A DNA stretch of 46,643 nucleotides from Candidatus Iainarchaeum sp. (GTDB lineage: Archaea; Iainarchaeota; Iainarchaeia; Iainarchaeales; JAGVWC01), in contig JAGVWC010000004.1 of NCBI GenBank assembly GCA_018304465.1, positions 1 to 46,643 on the forward strand, written 5' to 3'. A program made the position numbers and the translations under genes. Of this stretch, positions 43,162 through 46,643 are shown piece by piece (within the stretch, counting starts at the first letter, position 1; each line of letters starts with the position of its first letter). The notes under the pieces were generated by a model. It was not told where the DNA came from, ran no database searches, and was given only the letters and a program-made list of their open reading frames with translations.

Positions 43162-44841
43162 ATGCCGGAATCATTTTCGTCCGAAGAAACCAAAATCCTG
43201 GCCAGTTATGTATCAAACATGGACAAGAACGTGTTTGTTCTCACGAATTTACCCGAAGCCGTCAAAGGCGCGTTGTTTTCTAGGTATTCGCGTTCTCCCA
43301 AAGGACTGCGCCGATTGCTGCTGGATGAATTCATTCGCAGCCAGGATTTCGACTTTAACCAAATCGCGGGCCAAAGTACGCTTTCCGCGGCCGCTTCTCC
43401 GGTGAACAAGCAAAAAGCCGACGAATTTTACACGCGCGTGCTCGACGGCTACGGCGACGATTCCGTGGGCGAACTCGGCGGCTGTCACATCGCCTTGGAA
43501 AACGTTTCCAATGTCGCCACCAAAATCATCGAAGACTGCCGTATCGGCGGGTCTCCGCTTGAAAAAAGCACGCGGTATGTTTTTTTTGACCAAAAAATCG
43601 ACGGGAAATACCCGTTTTTCGAAGAACCCCGCATCCTGCAAAGCGAATTCCGTGACCAGTATGTTGCCTTGATGAACCAGTTGTTCGACACCTACGCGGC
43701 GCTGATCGAACCGCTAAAGCAGTTCATGCAACAACGCTTTCCCATCGAAGATTTTTCTTTCATGGTCGACCTTAAAACCCGCGAAGAAAAAAAATTTCCC
43801 GATATTACGGATGAAACCGCGAAAAAACGCTGTCAAGCCGCGTACAATGCGTCGATTCGCGCCAAAACCTGCGACGTGCTTCGCGGACTGCTTCCGGCCG
43901 CCACCTTGACCAACGTGGGCTTGTTTGGAAACGGCCGGTTTTTCGAATACCTGCTTCGAAAACTCTATTCGCATCCCTTGTCGGAAATGCATTCACTGGG
44001 AAAAGACATTCACGGCGAACTCGACACCCAGATCTCTTCGTTTGTGCGCCGCGCCAAAGCCGACGAATACCTTCAAAAAACAAAACTCGATGTGCGGTCC
44101 GCGGTTCAAACCATCACTGAAAAAAACCGGCCTTCCGACGCCCAACCGGTTTCCCTCGTGGATTACGATCCCGGCGCCGAAGAAAAACTCCTCGCGTACC
44201 TGTTGTATCCGGATTCAAACCAGTCTTTGGTGCAATTAACCCAAGTGGTGGAACACCTTGATCAAAACGAAAAAATGGCCCTTTACCAGACGTATATGGG
44301 TCAGCGGCGCAATCGCCGCGACAAACCCGGACGCGCCTTCGAAAACACGTATTATACGTTTGACATCCTTGCCGATTACGGGATTTACCGCGACTTGCAA
44401 CGACACCGCGTTCTGACCCAAGAACGACAATTACTCTCCACCGTACACGGATATGATTTGCCGCTTGAAATCACGGAAGCGGGCCTGGAGCAATCGTTTG
44501 TTGATTGTATGAAAGCCGCCGCCGAACTCTACCGAAAAATATCGGTTTCAATGCCGTTCGAAGCCCAATACGTGGTGCCCATGGCGTACCGCATTCGATG
44601 GTACATGACCCTGAATTTACGCGAAGCCATCCACTTCATTGAATTACGCTCGACCAAACAAGGTCACGAATCATACCGGCGCGTCGCGCAACTGATGTAT
44701 CACGAAATCAAACGCGTGCACCCGAATTTCGCGGGCTTCATGAATTACGTCGACCTCAACAAATATTCGCTTTCGCGCCTGGACGCGGAAACGAAAAACG
44801 AAATCAAACGCTCGGAATGGAAAAATCCTACAACCGCTTGA
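43162..44841 (+). CDS. thyX: Flavin-dependent thymidylate synthase, tandem-domain type
   Basis: ALFSRYSR, YGDDSVGELG, EKSTRY, DLQRHR, and ELRS...GH.SYR. About 560 aa, i.e. two ThyX domains. Confidence 0.92.
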   Translation: MPESFSSEETKILASYVSNMDKNVFVLTNLPEAVKGALFSRYSRSPKGLRRLLLDEFIRSQDFDFNQIAGQSTLSAAASPVNKQKADEFYTRVLDGYGDDSVGELGGCHIALENVSNVATKIIEDCRIGGSPLEKSTRYVFFDQKIDGKYPFFEEPRILQSEFRDQYVALMNQLFDTYAALIEPLKQFMQQRFPIEDFSFMVDLKTREEKKFPDITDETAKKRCQAAYNASIRAKTCDVLRGLLPAATLTNVGLFGNGRFFEYLLRKLYSHPLSEMHSLGKDIHGELDTQISSFVRRAKADEYLQKTKLDVRSAVQTITEKNRPSDAQPVSLVDYDPGAEEKLLAYLLYPDSNQSLVQLTQVVEHLDQNEKMALYQTYMGQRRNRRDKPGRAFENTYYTFDILADYGIYRDLQRHRVLTQERQLLSTVHGYDLPLEITEAGLEQSFVDCMKAAAELYRKISVSMPFEAQYVVPMAYRIRWYMTLNLREAIHFIELRSTKQGHESYRRVAQLMYHEIKRVHPNFAGFMNYVDLNKYSLSRLDAETKNEIKRSEWKNPTTA

Positions 44842-45682
44842 TGAAAAACGCGCCTTTCTTTTTGTACCCGTTTCCTTGGGCCATGCGGGAATAAAAATTC
44901 TTGATGCCGCGGCGCATTTCGAGGCGTTCGTGCAACTGCCGCAGACTAAACCCCAGTGCATCCCAAAGGCCTTGGGAAATGTCGCCGACCAATTTCCTGT
45001 TTTTGAGGAGTCCTTCCTGCTGCAGGACGCTTCCGAGCGAATCGATTGAAGGATCCGAATCCAGATGCGTCCGTTCTTCCTCGGATAATTGCACTTGGCC
45101 GTTTCGCTCAACGCGTCTCTTCAGCAACGCAAGGCGATCCTTTACAACGCGGTCAATCCGATGTCGGACCGTTTCTGTCAGCGTACCGGCCATCGGCCGC
45201 TGGTAATACCACATGGTTTCCGGTGTCCGCATATAGGCATACGAAAAACCGACGCCCCGCGCGTGATTTTCAATTTGCTCGAGCAAAAAATTCGCCCACG
45301 GTTTTCCCAAACGATCGCTTAGATTGTCTACATCCCGTTTCGATCCTGCTTGGCCCTGGATCGCCTCGACCACTACGCCATTGGACGTAAATCCCAACCG
45401 TGCCACCAGCTGTAATTTTCCCGGAATCAGAAGGCCCACGGCTACCGGGGATTCGAACATCGAACTCATTGTCTGCAACAAAACGCCTTTGTGCACTTCT
45501 TGCACCGGAAACGATGCCAAGAATAGCTTTCCGAAACGGTTGATGTTTCGTGGCCTCGCGGGGTATCTGGCGTGTGGATGTTCCTTGATGAGTTTTCTGA
45601 TCGCTTCAAAGCGGCTTTTAAGCCTGCGCGTACCGATTCTTCGCAGGTAAGGCCGAGCCGCAAGCGCTTTTTTAAGGGGCAT
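44828..45682 (-). CDS. Orphan basic protein with a possible GNAT/DUF535-like core
   Basis: MPLKKALAARPYLRR leader. VVVEAIQG, LLEQIENHARGVGF and FYSRMAQGNGYKK are reminiscent of an acyltransferase-like fold. Confidence 0.6.
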   Translation of the reverse strand: MPLKKALAARPYLRRIGTRRLKSRFEAIRKLIKEHPHARYPARPRNINRFGKLFLASFPVQEVHKGVLLQTMSSMFESPVAVGLLIPGKLQLVARLGFTSNGVVVEAIQGQAGSKRDVDNLSDRLGKPWANFLLEQIENHARGVGFSYAYMRTPETMWYYQRPMAGTLTETVRHRIDRVVKDRLALLKRRVERNGQVQLSEEERTHLDSDPSIDSLGSVLQQEGLLKNRKLVGDISQGLWDALGFSLRQLHERLEMRRGIKNFYSRMAQGNGYKKKGAFFIKRL

Positions 45683-45688
45683 ACAAAA

Positions 45689-46643
45689 TCAGATTTTTCG
45701 TTCCACCAAATAATCCGCGAAATCTTTCAAAGTTTTCTTTGCTTGTGAAGGCGGAAGGGTGTTTTCGACTTTTTTCCACGCGTCTTTGACCAGTTCATCG
45801 GCTTTTTTTCGCGCGTAACCAACCGAACCCGTTTTTTCGATCAAACGAATCGCTTCCCGGATCGTTTTCTCGTCTTCCGGGTGTGCATTCAGGATTTCAA
45901 GCAGTCGATTTCGATCCACCGGATTAGAATTTTTCAAACAATGCAGCACCATGATGGTTCGTTTTCCCTCGTGAATATCCTCGCCGACGCCTTTTCCTTT
46001 CTGGAATTCTTCGCCCACCAAGTTCAAAATGTCATCCTGGATCTGGAACGCGACTCCGATGGTTTCCCCGAATTTTCCGAGAGCGTCCATTTGTTTTTCA
46101 GTTGCGCCGCCAAGAATCGCTCCCAGTTTGGTCGCAAACCGGGCAAGTACTCCTGTTTTGTAACTGCACATCTGCAGGTACTCGTCTTCCGAGACGTCGA
46201 ATTTGTGTCCTTTGTGCCACCAGATATCCATGGCTTGTCCCACGGACACGCGCAGCAGTTCTTGGCCGTAAAGACTCCAGATCAGATCTAGCGTATGATC
46301 ATTGAGTTTGTATGGGTTGTTGTAAAGCAACGTAAGTGGAAGAAAATACATCGCATTGGCATCGTTTACAGCTACGTCAACGCCGTACAATAAATGCGTA
46401 CAGGGTTTTCCGCGGCGCATGGTGGAATTATCTTCTAAATCGTCTACCATAATTGTTCCGTTATGTATAAGTTCCACGAGTGGGGAAAACCGCAGCGCTT
46501 GTTCTTTCGTCCCGCCGACGCTTTCGCAGGAAAGAATCGTCAAAGCGGGCCGCCAGCGTTTTCCGCCGCGATCCAAAAACTCCCAGATCGGTTCCGCCAT
46601 GGCTTTGGTCAAGGTTTCTTCATCGTACGCAAAATCTGCTTTT
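45689..46643 (-). CDS. Polyprenyl diphosphate (GGPP) synthase, 5' end outside the window
   Basis: GGKRWRP, first Asp-rich motif DDLED...RRG, GQAMD, KTG, second motif FQIQDD and GEDIHEGK. The frame runs off the window edge. Confidence 0.93.
   Translation of the reverse strand, partial: KADFAYDEETLTKAMAEPIWEFLDRGGKRWRPALTILSCESVGGTKEQALRFSPLVELIHNGTIMVDDLEDNSTMRRGKPCTHLLYGVDVAVNDANAMYFLPLTLLYNNPYKLNDHTLDLIWSLYGQELLRVSVGQAMDIWWHKGHKFDVSEDEYLQMCSYKTGVLARFATKLGAILGGATEKQMDALGKFGETIGVAFQIQDDILNLVGEEFQKGKGVGEDIHEGKRTIMVLHCLKNSNPVDRNRLLEILNAHPEDEKTIREAIRLIEKTGSVGYARKKADELVKDAWKKVENTLPPSQAKKTLKDFADYLVERKI

Overview
Archaeal chromosomal DNA, most likely from a DPANN lineage (Iainarchaeota/Micrarchaeota-like; this placement is inference). 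The basis is TATA boxes about 25-30 nt before starts, GGTGA/GAGG ribosome-binding sites, an archaeal thiolase-DUF35-HMG-CoA synthase set, and bacterial-type folate and lower-mevalonate genes. The left 20 kb is a surface-structure locus on the minus strand. It starts with a giant adhesin of about 4,400 aa (signal peptide, 2 LamG domains, 5 beta-helix+Ig modules), split by three small deletions that are probably assembly errors. Its C-terminal domain is homologous to two adjacent ~190 aa pilin-like paralogs. Next come a TM + single beta-strand peptide, a membrane-anchored chaperone-like Ig protein, a third pilin-like protein and a membrane anchor. Together these suggest an undescribed usher-less, donor-strand-type fimbrial system. 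The locus ends in a gene carrying a YxGPERR/DRR arginine motif of c-di-GMP-binding type, which converges on an intact GGEEF diguanylate cyclase; both are unusual for an archaeon. Secreted proteins are strongly enriched in D-x-N. The right half is housekeeping: a mevalonate operon (class II HMGR, HMGS, thiolase, DUF35, MVK, MVD, PMK) interrupted by basic orphan ORFs and an HTH-LAGLIDADG endonuclease that duplicates the thiolase start. It also holds an SDR, a GH-A lipoprotein, ppdK, a split MgtE, glyA, a preQ transporter, folC, a flavoprotein, a tandem thyX and a partial polyprenyl diphosphate synthase. No rRNA, tRNA, CRISPR array or reverse transcriptase was recognised.
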